A stretch of 64,000 nucleotides of DNA from an uncultured Spirochaetales bacterium. GTDB taxonomy: Bacteria > Spirochaetota > Spirochaetia > JABMQR01. Below the pieces are notes generated by a model. That model had not been told where the DNA came from. It did no database searches and saw nothing but the letters and a program-made list of their open reading frames with translations. The stretch covers positions 651-64,650 of the forward strand of contig CAZMOX010000003.1 of the NCBI GenBank assembly GCA_964567895.1, written 5' to 3'. The stretch's first letter is position 1. Every line of letters begins with the position of its first letter. Shown in pieces: positions 1-9,862 of the stretch. The position numbers and the translations under genes are program-made.

Positions 1-94
1 CATTTTCAATATATAAAACAATTTCTTCAAAAGGAATATCACGATTTTCCTTTAACCATCTGTTTTTTTCTTTGTTCCATTCAAAGTTTTTCAT
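1..94 (-). CDS. BrnT-like (DUF497-type) toxin, 5' part; runs off the window
   Basis: Not in the ORF track. The minus strand from ATG at 94 reads MKNFEWNKEKNRWLKENRDIPFEEIVLYIEN, matching the F-x-W-x-x-x-K-N...R-x-I-x-F-E-E start of BrnT-family toxins as I recall it. Confidence 0.6.
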   Translation of the reverse strand, partial: MKNFEWNKEKNRWLKENRDIPFEEIVLYIEN

Positions 95-99
95 GCTTA

Positions 100-128
100 A
101 TCATATCACAATGTGTGCGTTTTGTCAA
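100..128 (-). promoter_or_regulatory. Sigma70-type promoter for the toxin gene; near-leaderless mRNA
   Basis: TTGACA (128-123), 17 bp spacer, TATGAT (105-100). The ATG lies only 5 nt further on, with no SD sequence. Confidence 0.55.
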
Positions 129-199
129 ATTTACTGGGATAGCTTTCATCCGATATGGGATAGGGTGATGTTTATGAAATATGCAAGAAACATGTAAGG

Positions 200-283
200 A
201 TCCCAGTGCCAGGTCGTGCTGTCGCGTCGCTCCTGACGCACAAATCGTACCATACCCTTCAGGTGCGAAAATACAAGTTAAAC
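200..283. other. Possible half of an integron attC-like site
   Basis: The segment ends ...CAGGTGCGAAAATACAA-GTTAAAC, which fits the GTTRRRY core. The complementary arm is absent. Confidence 0.25.
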
Positions 284-285
284 AG

Positions 286-453
286 GGGCTCCCATTCGCT
301 GTAAACGCAAACACCGTTCTCTATAATAAAGCAAAATTCAGGGAACTTGGGTTGTCAGTCCCAACAACATGGAATGAATTTGTTGCCGTAGCTGAAACTT
401 GCATGGCTGATGGACAGACTCCATTTTATTTAACACTGAAAGATGCCTGGACA
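286..453 (+). pseudogene. Internal fragment of a sugar ABC solute-binding protein
   Basis: GLPFAVNANTVLYNKAKFRELGLSVPTTWNEF...KDAWT is the typical family-1 SBP core, with unrelated sequence on both sides. Confidence 0.65.
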
Positions 454-498
454 GGAATGGATTATCAGCGGAGTTATGCAAGGAGGAATTAAACAGTA

Positions 499-1545
499 AT
501 GAAATTTTTATCTACAGTTGTGAGAAAGTCTGTATTGATTGTCTTATTAGGATTCATTCTTGTTCTTTTTTCATGCAAAACACATAAAAAGGATTTCTCT
601 ACACAAAATGACAATATTCTTGCGCCTCTGTACTGGAGTGTATATGAATATTGCTATACTACTGATGGATTTATTCCGGAAGAAGAGTGGGAAGCGAATA
701 TTAATTGGATAGAGGATAATTTTAAGGAATATGGGTACAATACAATTTGTATTGATGGATGGGACAAAAATCTTGGAGTACTGGGGAGAACAGATCGTCC
801 GATAGAACATTATCAAACAGCCTTAAGGTGGATGAGAGAAGCTTGTGATGAGCACGGTGTTTTCTTAAGTCTGGTAATGCCTCACCTTAAAAACCATGGA
901 GAAAATGAACTTGAGTATGCCGGTGGAAGCATGATCAGGATAAATGAAGATACCGGGAATGGCGGATGGCAAAGGTTCAGTGAGATGGATAGGGGAACCC
1001 ATCATGATTGGTGGTCCCAGTATTATAATGCTTTCGATGGTTTCATATACTGGTCTGATATTTCCGGTTCGGGAGATCGGCAGATGATCCTGGACGGGGA
1101 TTTTATACGGCTTAATACCTTTGAAAATGATGACGAGAGAAAAACCGTAGTATCATTAATGCTAATGGCTGGAGGATGTGTAACTATAGCTGATCGGTAT
1201 AGTACAATCGGAGATTCCGCCTGGATTTATCAGAATACAGAATTGCTTGCCTTACAAAGTGACGGTTTTACGGGTAAACCCTTTAGTAATGATCCGTTAA
1301 ATACGGAAAGTCAGAAATGGAAAGGACAGATGTCCAATGGAGATTTCGTAGTAGGGTTATTCAACCGGGAAGATGAAGCAGAAACAAGAAGTATAAATTT
1401 TTCAACAGATTTAGGAATAACAGGAAACTCCGCTGTAAGGGATTTATGGGAGCATGAAGACCTTGGGGTAATGACCTCTTACAGCATAAACCTTGAACCC
1501 CATTCTTGCGTGATACTAAAAATTGTACCCGCGGATGATGTTGAT
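499..1545 (+). pseudogene. GH27 isomalto-dextranase-like lipoprotein; internally deleted and interrupted
   Basis: Lipobox LFSC. Motifs PLYW, IPEEEWEANINW, LSLVMPHL, RINED, MILDGDF, LFNR and VRDLWEH match the Arthrobacter isomalto-dextranase family as recalled. The segment between CIDGW and DKNLG is missing. Confidence 0.7.
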
Positions 1546-1684
1546 TCTCAAACGAGCGAGAGAAGCGGAACCAACAAGTTGGTTCCATTTCCGAGAGAGA
1601 GCCGAGAACGCAAGGAAACATACCCCGCCCCTTGGGGCGGAATAGAACCGCCAAAGCGGTTCTGGGTCCAGGCTTGCCCTGGGG
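1546..1684. mobile_element. ~139-bp hairpin-rich non-autonomous insertion, possibly IS200/IS605-derived
   Basis: Three perfect hairpins (1567-1586, 1625-1640, 1644-1663) plus an outer CATACCCC/GGGGTATG pair. It follows TTGAT, and removing 1546-1684 rejoins the two frames of the host gene. Confidence 0.5.
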
Positions 1685-2401
1685 TATGATACCTTTCATT
1701 ATGCATCCAACGCGCGTCCATCAACAGGAACAGCTAATGTAGGACTGGAAAAAGACTTAAGCTGGACTGCCGGGAACGGGGCAACATCCCATAAAGTCTA
1801 TTTTGGTACAGATATAATATTAGGACCTGAAGATTATAAGGGAGAGCAGACAGAAACAACGTATAATCCCGGTTTGCTGGTATACGGCACAACTTATTAT
1901 TGGAGAATAGACGAAGTACACAGCACCGGAATAGTTATGGGACGTCTTTTCAGATTTACCACAGAATACGATAAAGTTTTCCCCCAGGATATTGTTAATT
2001 CAGATTTCGAGACTGGGAACATAAACAAATGGAAGGCTAAAGGGTCTTTTTATGGTGTGGATTCCTGGGATCCTAATTCCGGTATTTTTAAATGTTATTT
2101 CTGGGGAACAAACCCTTATGAGCAATCTATCTATCAAACAGTAAAGGGTCTTGATAATGGTTCCTATACTGTAAAGGCATGGGTAAAGCAGAACACCGGG
2201 ATACCCAATGCCTGCAGCATGATTGTGAGAGATTTCGGGGGGATTAAACAAATCGTGGATATACCCCATGGAGATGAATATAATGAGTACAGCATAACAG
2301 TGGGAGTAGGAAATAGTCAGCTTGTTGTTGAGTTCTACACCGACTCTCCGGGTGGATCAAATATGCAGATAGACGATGTGGAATTAATAAAGAATTTCTG
2401 A
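1685..2401 (+). pseudogene. Detached C-terminus of the GH27 gene: FN3-like beta-sandwich plus carbohydrate-binding-like module
   Basis: Frame +2 reads YDTFHYASNARPSTGTANVGLEKDLSWTAGNGATSHKVYFGT...TTYYWRIDEV...FRFTTE, then NSDFETG...QIDDVELIK. Confidence 0.6.
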
Positions 2402-2413
2402 ATTCCGGTCAAA

Positions 2414-2553
2414 AGATTGCAACCGATTTGGTTTACAATCCTGGCCGTTCTTCAAGTCATCAAATAAGACTTCAATATCGTTTCTTTCACGTTATGTTTT
2501 ACCAGGTAGTGCAAATTTTCTTCGCTGTAGAAACCTCTATCCATGATATACGA
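2414..2553 (-). mobile_element. IS1634/IS4-superfamily DDE transposase remnant
   Basis: Two non-contiguous motifs joined out of frame: IMDRGFYSEEN and RNDIEVLFDDLKN. Confidence 0.55.
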
Positions 2554-2589
2554 AATATCGTAACACAGCGATGATTTCTGTAGACACGC

Positions 2590-3933
2590 TTAAAGAATGG
2601 CGAAATTTTCGGATACATAGCTCCATTGCCTCTTATAGGAAAGAGAATCCAGCAGTTTTAGATATTCATCCTTAGATAAATTCGGTGTGAAATCCCTAAT
2701 AATATCCTTAGCAGTTTCTGCCTCTCCATAAAGAAGATCAATTATTGTGAGGACATATATTTTTGAGGAAATAATATAGGCCATTTCCGGATCTGCAACC
2801 TTGAAATCTCTCGAATGGGAATGTCCACTGAATGAACCTACATATGGATGTATACCAGGCTTAATCTGTGTCAGGTCTCCCATGTCCGTGGAACTGCCCC
2901 GTGGGCCAACATGCAGCACATTTTCCCCGCCAATAAGTTCTGCAGCATTCTTTGCCCATATGCTTATCAGCTTATTATTATTTTCAACAGGCAGATATCC
3001 CGGGGTATTGATTATCTCCACCTGGGCTCCAACAGCCATTGCTCCCGCCATTAATGCTATATCAACTTTCCTGTTTACCTCTTCTATTATCTCTACAGTC
3101 CGGGCTCTTACATACAGTTCAACTTTTACATCCGAGGGAACATTATTTACACTGTCGCCCCCCTTTGTAATTATAGGATGCACTCGGACAGCATCTTCAT
3201 CTCTGAAAGTTTCTCTCTGTGCATGAATTGCTGACAGAGCAATATTAAAGGCATTCAATGCATTAATACCGTTATACGGTGCACTCCCGGCATGTGCTTC
3301 TTTGCCGATAAAGCGGACACTTTTACCAATAAAACCATTACTTCCGTCTGTTATCAGAACCTTCCGTCCGGGATATTCCGATTGTGCATGCTGCATAATT
3401 ACTATATCGATATCATCAAACTCTCCAAGGTGTATAAGCTCCTGTTTCCCTCCGTAATACTTTATATGTCCCTCTTTTTTAAGAGCCTCTCTGAATTCAA
3501 GATTGATATATTCCTCAGCGGGAACTACAAACAGAACTACTTTTCCTGATAGTTTATCAGCAATTTTCTTTAATCCTATTGCTGCACCTATTAATTGCGC
3601 GACCTGAGCAAAATGGCCACAGGCATGAGCAGCACCGGTTTCTTTATCAGCAAAAGGGTAATCATTGTTAATAATGGCATCAAGTTCGGCAATAATAGCT
3701 ATTACAGGACCTTCCTTTCCTTCTTCCAGTACACCCTTTATACCTGTGACAGCAAGTTCACTTCGATATTTTATTCCAATTTCTTCAAATGCCTCTTTAA
3801 CTTTTTGGGCTGTATTTTTTTCTTTAAAACCCACCTCCGGTTCATGAAGAATTGAGTTGGCAATATCGATAATTTTATCCCGATGTTTATCTATTTCTTT
3901 AAATGCTATTTCTTCCAAAGTTTTTTTATTCAT
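2590..3933 (-). CDS. M20D (Acy1-like/AbgB/PM20D2-type) amidohydrolase
   Basis: Motifs AELDA, HACGH, PAEEY, AHAG and STDMGD; 447 aa. Confidence 0.85.
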   Translation of the reverse strand: MNKKTLEEIAFKEIDKHRDKIIDIANSILHEPEVGFKEKNTAQKVKEAFEEIGIKYRSELAVTGIKGVLEEGKEGPVIAIIAELDAIINNDYPFADKETGAAHACGHFAQVAQLIGAAIGLKKIADKLSGKVVLFVVPAEEYINLEFREALKKEGHIKYYGGKQELIHLGEFDDIDIVIMQHAQSEYPGRKVLITDGSNGFIGKSVRFIGKEAHAGSAPYNGINALNAFNIALSAIHAQRETFRDEDAVRVHPIITKGGDSVNNVPSDVKVELYVRARTVEIIEEVNRKVDIALMAGAMAVGAQVEIINTPGYLPVENNNKLISIWAKNAAELIGGENVLHVGPRGSSTDMGDLTQIKPGIHPYVGSFSGHSHSRDFKVADPEMAYIISSKIYVLTIIDLLYGEAETAKDIIRDFTPNLSKDEYLKLLDSLSYKRQWSYVSENFAIL

Positions 3934-3992
3934 CAGAAAATTATCCTTTTCCCTGGAGATATTTTATATATACAAACTTTTAATGATGCAGC

Positions 3993-5522
3993 CTATTTAT
4001 GAGTTCTGGGTCTTACAGTAACTCCTTCGGATCCAATAAACATATTTGTAAGTGTTCTTTCATCATTTCTCATTCGCCAGGATAGCAATTTTTTTACATA
4101 TTTCAGTATAACTGCCGAATATGAGGGGTCTTCTGCAAGGTTATGCAGTTCATCCGGATCATTTTCTATATCAAACAAAAGATCGGGCATTGCAGCAAAG
4201 TGTATATATTTGTAATGCCTGTCTCTTACCACGTTTAATGAAGATTCTTCAAATCCAATATCCAGTTCTTCATACCTGAAATCTACCTCCCAATATACTT
4301 CATTTCTAAAGTTTTCCGGTTTTTTTCCATACAGGAATGGAACCAGGGAACGGCCGTCGCATTGAACAGGAATTTCTGCACCAAAAATATCTAGAATAGT
4401 TGGAAGAATATCAATGCTTTCGGTAAAAGAGTCTATATGTATTCCCTTCTGCATTTTCCCTTCCATGTCAGGTGTGCGGATAATTAGAGGTACATGAAAA
4501 GTCTGATCAAAATAGGGCGCTTGTCCAATGAAATGGTGGTCCCCAAGTTGTGTTCCATGATCACTTGTAAAAATAATTACTGTATTTTCATATTCACCGG
4601 TTTCTTTAAGAAGTGAAATTATTTTTCCAATATTATCATCTATTTCTGTCATGAGTCCGTAATATGTAGCGCAAAGCTGTTTTAAAGATTTATCATCTCT
4701 TGGGTAAATATCTTTTGAGTAAAATCCTCTGTTTGTTGTATTATCAAGCTTATAAGCAAGAAATGGATGTTGTTTTGCTTCGTTTTCCAGTGTTGCTGCC
4801 CTCTTAAAAGATGTTATATCATCCGGATTGTAAAGTTTGTTGTATGGTTCCGGTGCAAGATATGGTCTGTGTGGTTTGAGATAGCTTAAATGAAGGAACC
4901 ATGGTTTATCAACTGGTCTGCGAAGAAATTTTTCAGCATTATATGTTACAAATGCAGTTTCACTCTCCTCTTTTGAATATGGGGGAGGGGAATAGGTTTT
5001 CCCTTTCCCCTCTGCTCCGGGATATCCTTCAACAGCTTTGTAATAAAGATCTGTCGGGTTTTCAGGAACCTGATATCCTTTCTCTTCCAGCCACTGCGCC
5101 CATTCACCGGGGAATTCTTCACTTGACATCGCAAGGCATTTGAATCCGGGAAGAACACCTTCGTATGTTTTAAGAGCCGGATCATTTGGGGAGAGTAAAC
5201 GGGGATCCGGAGTGGTATCGGTATATCCTACCAGAGCAGGATCATACCCCAGCTTTCGGAATTCCAGAGCAATATTGGTATGCCGTGCATCCAGAGGAGT
5301 CCCGTTTTCTACAGATCTGTGGTTCTGCATGTACATCCCGGTATACAGGGATGCCCGGCTTGGACCACATGGGATACACTGCGCAAAGTGGTTTTCGAAG
5401 AAAACACCATCAGCTGCCAGTGCATCAAGATTTGGAGTTTTAACAACAGGATGCCCCTTCAGGGAGAAACATTCACCCCTCCACTGGTCTGTAGTAATTA
5501 ACAATAAATTTTTCTGTTTCAT
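3993..5522 (-). CDS. Phosphonate monoester hydrolase/phosphodiesterase (FGly-dependent, sulfatase superfamily)
   Basis: TDQWR, CGPSRASLYTG, NHRSVENGTPLDARH, GYTDTTPDPR and SDHG follow the rhizobial PMH sequence closely. Confidence 0.85.
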   Translation of the reverse strand: MKQKNLLLITTDQWRGECFSLKGHPVVKTPNLDALAADGVFFENHFAQCIPCGPSRASLYTGMYMQNHRSVENGTPLDARHTNIALEFRKLGYDPALVGYTDTTPDPRLLSPNDPALKTYEGVLPGFKCLAMSSEEFPGEWAQWLEEKGYQVPENPTDLYYKAVEGYPGAEGKGKTYSPPPYSKEESETAFVTYNAEKFLRRPVDKPWFLHLSYLKPHRPYLAPEPYNKLYNPDDITSFKRAATLENEAKQHPFLAYKLDNTTNRGFYSKDIYPRDDKSLKQLCATYYGLMTEIDDNIGKIISLLKETGEYENTVIIFTSDHGTQLGDHHFIGQAPYFDQTFHVPLIIRTPDMEGKMQKGIHIDSFTESIDILPTILDIFGAEIPVQCDGRSLVPFLYGKKPENFRNEVYWEVDFRYEELDIGFEESSLNVVRDRHYKYIHFAAMPDLLFDIENDPDELHNLAEDPSYSAVILKYVKKLLSWRMRNDERTLTNMFIGSEGVTVRPRTHK

Positions 5523-6613
5523 AATTTTGCCAGAATTTTTGTCCGTTTTGTCTGTAAGTATTCAACCTGTTTTTTATTAGTGGATTCCCTTTGTTTAATT
5601 TGAAACTGCAGGGCCCCTTTGAGAGACAGGGATTCTGCATAATGGCAGGAGACAAAATGTTCCGGGAACATCTCCTTAAGGGGAGGCATCTCATTTACAC
5701 ATCGGCTGTCATCAGCAAATTTACATCGGGGGTGAAAAGGACAACCCGTCGGAGGATTAACAGGGCTTGGCTGTTCTCCCTGTACAAAAAGTTTCTGCAT
5801 TGTTATTTCAGGATCATCCGGAGGAATTGCAGACATAAGAGCTTCTGTGTATGGATGCTTCGGTTTATAATAAAGTTCTTCAGTAACAGCCATTTCAACT
5901 ATTCGGCCAAGATACATAACTGCTACCCTGTCACAGGCATAAGCTACCGCACTTAAATCGTGTGCAACAAACAGATAGGTAAGATCCAGTTCATGGCGCA
6001 AGTCTTTCAGGAGGTTTAGTATCTGTGCCTGAATAGAAACATCAAGAGCCGAAACTGCTTCATCACATACTATAAATTCAGGATGCATAATAAGAGCCCG
6101 CGCTATAGCGATTCTTTGTCTCTGCCCCCCGCTGAAGGCATGAGGATAACGTCTGAGCTGGGAAGTTTTAAGTCCGCAAAGAACTGCCATATCTTTAATC
6201 TTTTCGTTAAGCTCATCTCCACTGGCCAACTTGTTTGCCACAAGAGGTTCACCAATAATGTCTCTTACTGTCATTCGCTGATTTAGTGAGGCATAGGGAT
6301 CCTGAAAAATCATCTGCATATTACGCCACTGATGCCGCAGTTCGTTACGTCTTAATTTTGCAATATCTATCTTTTCTTTTCCAGTATTAAATAATACCTC
6401 ACCTCCGGTAGGTTCAGTTAAATGGATAAGGGTTCGTCCAAGAGTTGTTTTACCAGATCCGCTCTCTCCTACCAAGCCTAGATTTTCACCCTTTTTTATG
6501 GTAAAAGATACATTATCAACTGCTTTCAGAAGCTTTGTGTGTTTGCCGAATATGCCGGTTTTACCTACCGGAAAATATTTTTTCAGATCTTTAATTTCAA
6601 CTAGTGTACTCAT
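5519..6613 (-). CDS. Oligopeptide/dipeptide ABC ATPase (OppF/DppF type)
   Basis: Walker A GESGSGKTT, signature FSGGQRQR, CDEAVSALDVS and a C-terminal CPFHPRC. Confidence 0.93.
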   Translation of the reverse strand: MSTLVEIKDLKKYFPVGKTGIFGKHTKLLKAVDNVSFTIKKGENLGLVGESGSGKTTLGRTLIHLTEPTGGEVLFNTGKEKIDIAKLRRNELRHQWRNMQMIFQDPYASLNQRMTVRDIIGEPLVANKLASGDELNEKIKDMAVLCGLKTSQLRRYPHAFSGGQRQRIAIARALIMHPEFIVCDEAVSALDVSIQAQILNLLKDLRHELDLTYLFVAHDLSAVAYACDRVAVMYLGRIVEMAVTEELYYKPKHPYTEALMSAIPPDDPEITMQKLFVQGEQPSPVNPPTGCPFHPRCKFADDSRCVNEMPPLKEMFPEHFVSCHYAESLSLKGALQFQIKQRESTNKKQVEYLQTKRTKILAKL

Positions 6614-7629
6614 TAATATTTCTCCCCTTTTTTATACAGATGACATGCAACCTGCTGATCTTCTGAAATTTCTATAAGATCAGGAAAAGAGTCATTACAA
6701 ATGCCTTCCATAAAATAATCACATCTGTCATGAAATGCACATCCTTTAGGTCTGCTGAACAGAGTCGGAACACTTCCACGTATAGGTTCCAGTCTTTTAC
6801 GATCTTCAAGATCACCAAGACGTGGAATTGCATCCAGTAATTTCATTGTGTAGGGATGTTTCGGATGGTTGAAAATTTCTTTAACAGGTCCTTTTTCAAC
6901 AATGCTGCCCATGTACATGATAGCAACATTATCCGCAACCTGTCCGACTACACCAAGATCATGGGAAATAAAGATAATTGAAGTTCCAAACTCCTCTTTT
7001 ACATTATTCATAAGGTCAAGGATCTGAGCCTGTATTGTTACATCCAGAGCTGTAGTAGGTTCGTCCGCGATTAGAAGACGCGGATTACACGAAAGAGCTT
7101 TGGCTATCATAGCTCTCTGCCGCATCCCCCCCGAAAACTCGCCAGGAAAACGGTCAACAGCTTTTTCCGGGTCTGCAAGTCCCACCTTTCGCAGAAGATC
7201 AATAGTAGTAGTTCTGGCCTCTTCTTTTGTATTTTTTTTATGCTGCTGTATTACCTCAATAATCTGATGTCCTATAGTATAAAGAGGTGAAAAAGAGCTC
7301 ATAGGTTCCTGGAATATCATCGAGGCCATTCCACCCCGAATTTCCTGGATTTCCTTTCCTCTTGGATTAAGTTTGGTAATATCAACAGGTTCATCCCCAT
7401 TGGTTCCATAAAAGAGGATTTCTCCCTCAACAATTTTCAGTTCTTTAGCAAGCAGCCGGAGTAAAGACAGAGATGTAACACTCTTACCACATCCGCTTTC
7501 TCCCACAAGGGCCAGCACTTTTCCAGCTTCAAGGTTAAAATCCAGACCACAGACAATAGGAATCAATGCCTTGTCAAGGTGCCATGAAATTTGCAGTTTT
7601 TTTACCTGCATTAAATATTTATTCTCCAT
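6613..7629 (-). CDS. Oligopeptide/dipeptide ABC ATPase (OppD/DppD type); start refined to MENKY at 7629
   Basis: GESGCGKS, FSGGMRQR and ADEPTTALDVT. Confidence 0.92.
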   Translation of the reverse strand: MENKYLMQVKKLQISWHLDKALIPIVCGLDFNLEAGKVLALVGESGCGKSVTSLSLLRLLAKELKIVEGEILFYGTNGDEPVDITKLNPRGKEIQEIRGGMASMIFQEPMSSFSPLYTIGHQIIEVIQQHKKNTKEEARTTTIDLLRKVGLADPEKAVDRFPGEFSGGMRQRAMIAKALSCNPRLLIADEPTTALDVTIQAQILDLMNNVKEEFGTSIIFISHDLGVVGQVADNVAIMYMGSIVEKGPVKEIFNHPKHPYTMKLLDAIPRLGDLEDRKRLEPIRGSVPTLFSRPKGCAFHDRCDYFMEGICNDSFPDLIEISEDQQVACHLYKKGEKY

Positions 7630-7642
7630 TCTAAGTAGTCTC

Positions 7643-8767
7643 CTATTTTGAAAAGGGATCTGCTGCGTCCCGTAAGCCATCACCCAGAAAATTAAAGGCA
7701 AGTACTGATATAACAACAAACAGGGCAGTTATAAGCAGCCATGGTATTTGCGACAGAGTATGAATATTCTGTGCCGAGTAAAGAAGAACCCCCCAACTGA
7801 CAATAGGCTCCCGAAGACCCAAACCAAGGAAACTTAAAGCAGTTTCGGCCAGTATTATATATGGGAACGAGATTGTCAGATCCACTATGATATAACTCAT
7901 AAAAGAGGGAAGCATATGATTAACTATAATTCTTCTATCTGTACATCCTGCCAGTTTTGCGGAAAGAATAAAGTCTTCTTCCCTCATAGAGAGAAGTTTA
8001 CTTCGAACACGTCGACCAAGGTTGGTCCATCCTACTGACGCAAGAATTATTGTTACAGCAACATAGACCTTTAAAGCAGACCATTCCCTAGGTAGAGCTG
8101 CTGCAAGAGCCAGCCATAGTGGAAGAGTTGGAATAGACCGGAGGAATTCCATCATACGCATAATAATTTCGTCGACTATACCGCCGAAATACCCGGCAAT
8201 ACCTCCTATAATCAGTCCAATTAAAAATACAAAAGATACCCCGATAGCTCCAACAGAAAGAGAGATTCTTGTGGCAAACATCAGTCTTGAAAAAATATCT
8301 CTTCCAAGCTGATCTGTTCCGAAAATATTTATCATCCCCTCTTTGACCCCGAACAGATGCAGATCCATTTCGAACAACCCTAAAACCTTATAGGGTTCTC
8401 CCTTTATAAAAATAGAGATTGGAATAATTCTTGATGTATCCGGTATAGCGCGCAATTTTAAAGTTTCAGGATCACGTTTATTATCCCACCCATAAATAAA
8501 AGCCTGGAAGTGAAATTTTCCTTCTGAATCGATGTGACGGATTTTCATAGGAGGTGACTGCAGGTAACTTGTATTACGATTGCCAGATGAGTAGGGAGCT
8601 ATAAATTCAGCAAAAATCCCTATAAATATAAAAAGAAGAAGTATAATACCGGCCACGATGGCCATTTTGTTTTTTTTAAACTGCCACCACATCAACTGCC
8701 AGTGAGTAGCAAGATCTCTTCTATTTACTACTGTATTGGTAACATCAGTATTATTTTTATCTTTCAT
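7643..8767 (-). CDS. Peptide ABC permease (OppC type)
   Basis: FGTDQLGRD, EAA-like loop REEDFILSAKLAG and LGDGLRDAADP. Confidence 0.92.
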   Translation of the reverse strand: MKDKNNTDVTNTVVNRRDLATHWQLMWWQFKKNKMAIVAGIILLLFIFIGIFAEFIAPYSSGNRNTSYLQSPPMKIRHIDSEGKFHFQAFIYGWDNKRDPETLKLRAIPDTSRIIPISIFIKGEPYKVLGLFEMDLHLFGVKEGMINIFGTDQLGRDIFSRLMFATRISLSVGAIGVSFVFLIGLIIGGIAGYFGGIVDEIIMRMMEFLRSIPTLPLWLALAAALPREWSALKVYVAVTIILASVGWTNLGRRVRSKLLSMREEDFILSAKLAGCTDRRIIVNHMLPSFMSYIIVDLTISFPYIILAETALSFLGLGLREPIVSWGVLLYSAQNIHTLSQIPWLLITALFVVISVLAFNFLGDGLRDAADPFSK

Positions 8768-9762
8768 TTTACACCCGCCTTTCCCATCCGTAGGCGCGGA
8801 TCAAGGATCATAAGAAGGATATCCGATATAAAAGTCCCTATTATAACAAGACTGCACATGATAAGTATCAAAGCGGCTGACAGATACACGTCCTGATTTA
8901 ACAGTGCGTTTATATACAAGGGACCAAAAGTCGGCAGGGATAAAACCATACCAATTATTGGAGCTCCGGAAACTATTTTGCTTAGTTCCCAACCCAGAGT
9001 TGAAGCTATGGGATTGAGTGCCATACGAACCGGGTACCTCATAAGCAGTTTGAATTCAGGAATACCCCCTGACCGTGCAGATGTAACGTACATTTTATTC
9101 AGTTCATCAAGAAGGGTGGCACGCATGGTACGAAGCTGAAATGCAGTACCTGCCATCCCAAGGACAACAACCGGTACCCAGAGATGGGAAAACAGATCCA
9201 TTAATTTTGCAAAACTCCAGGGAGCATTCTGAAACTCCAGGGAAAATAATCCCCCGACACTCACTCCAAACCATTTTTGTCCCAGAAACATAAGAATCAA
9301 TGCAAGTAGAAACCCCGGGATTGCAAGACCCAGATATCCAATAACAGTTGCCACATTATCTCCTATAGAATACTGCCGGACAGCAGAGTAGATACCAATA
9401 ATAATCGCTATAACATATGTAAAAATAAGGGTTGAAAAAGCGAGAACAAGAGTCATTGGTAAGCTCTCCCCAAGTACATCTTTTACCGGCCTGTGGTATT
9501 CCCAGGAAAACCCCATATCACCCTTAAAAAGATCACCTATCCATATTGCGTATTGCTGGTAGACTGGCCTGTCAAGACCAAGTCTGCTGCGCATTGCATC
9601 CAGTTCATCCTGGGTAACAACAACTCCTCCCTGAGTCTTTTTCCCTGCATAGGAATCAACAAAGTCTCCAGGAGGAAGCTGGATGAGTATAAAGGCGACA
9701 ATAGATAATAAAAACATGGTAACTAATGTTGTACCAAGACGGCGTGCAAATAACTCAAGCAT
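8764..9762 (-). CDS. Peptide ABC permease (OppB type)
   Basis: LPPGD, LGLDRP, GDMGFSW and a C-terminal LDPR. Confidence 0.92.
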   Translation of the reverse strand: MLELFARRLGTTLVTMFLLSIVAFILIQLPPGDFVDSYAGKKTQGGVVVTQDELDAMRSRLGLDRPVYQQYAIWIGDLFKGDMGFSWEYHRPVKDVLGESLPMTLVLAFSTLIFTYVIAIIIGIYSAVRQYSIGDNVATVIGYLGLAIPGFLLALILMFLGQKWFGVSVGGLFSLEFQNAPWSFAKLMDLFSHLWVPVVVLGMAGTAFQLRTMRATLLDELNKMYVTSARSGGIPEFKLLMRYPVRMALNPIASTLGWELSKIVSGAPIIGMVLSLPTFGPLYINALLNQDVYLSAALILIMCSLVIIGTFISDILLMILDPRLRMGKAGVK

Positions 9763-9807
9763 TATTACTACCCCTTTTTAATAAAATATTAACTGATTTG
9801 AAAAAAC

Positions 9808-9835
9808 GAACCCGGACAAGCTTTTGTCCGGGTTC
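9808..9835 (-). terminator. Intrinsic terminator or stabilising hairpin after the SBP gene
   Basis: 12-bp stem GAACCCGGACAA/TTGTCCGGGTTC, followed by a T-run on the minus strand. Confidence 0.75.
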
Positions 9836-9862
9836 AGAATTACTTAAGAAAAACCGGTTTAT

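Noticed and set aside
237-267. GTGCG words suggesting a group II intron 5' end
   Set aside because: No domain V/VI-like sequence or reverse transcriptase nearby; a 5-mer is expected by chance.
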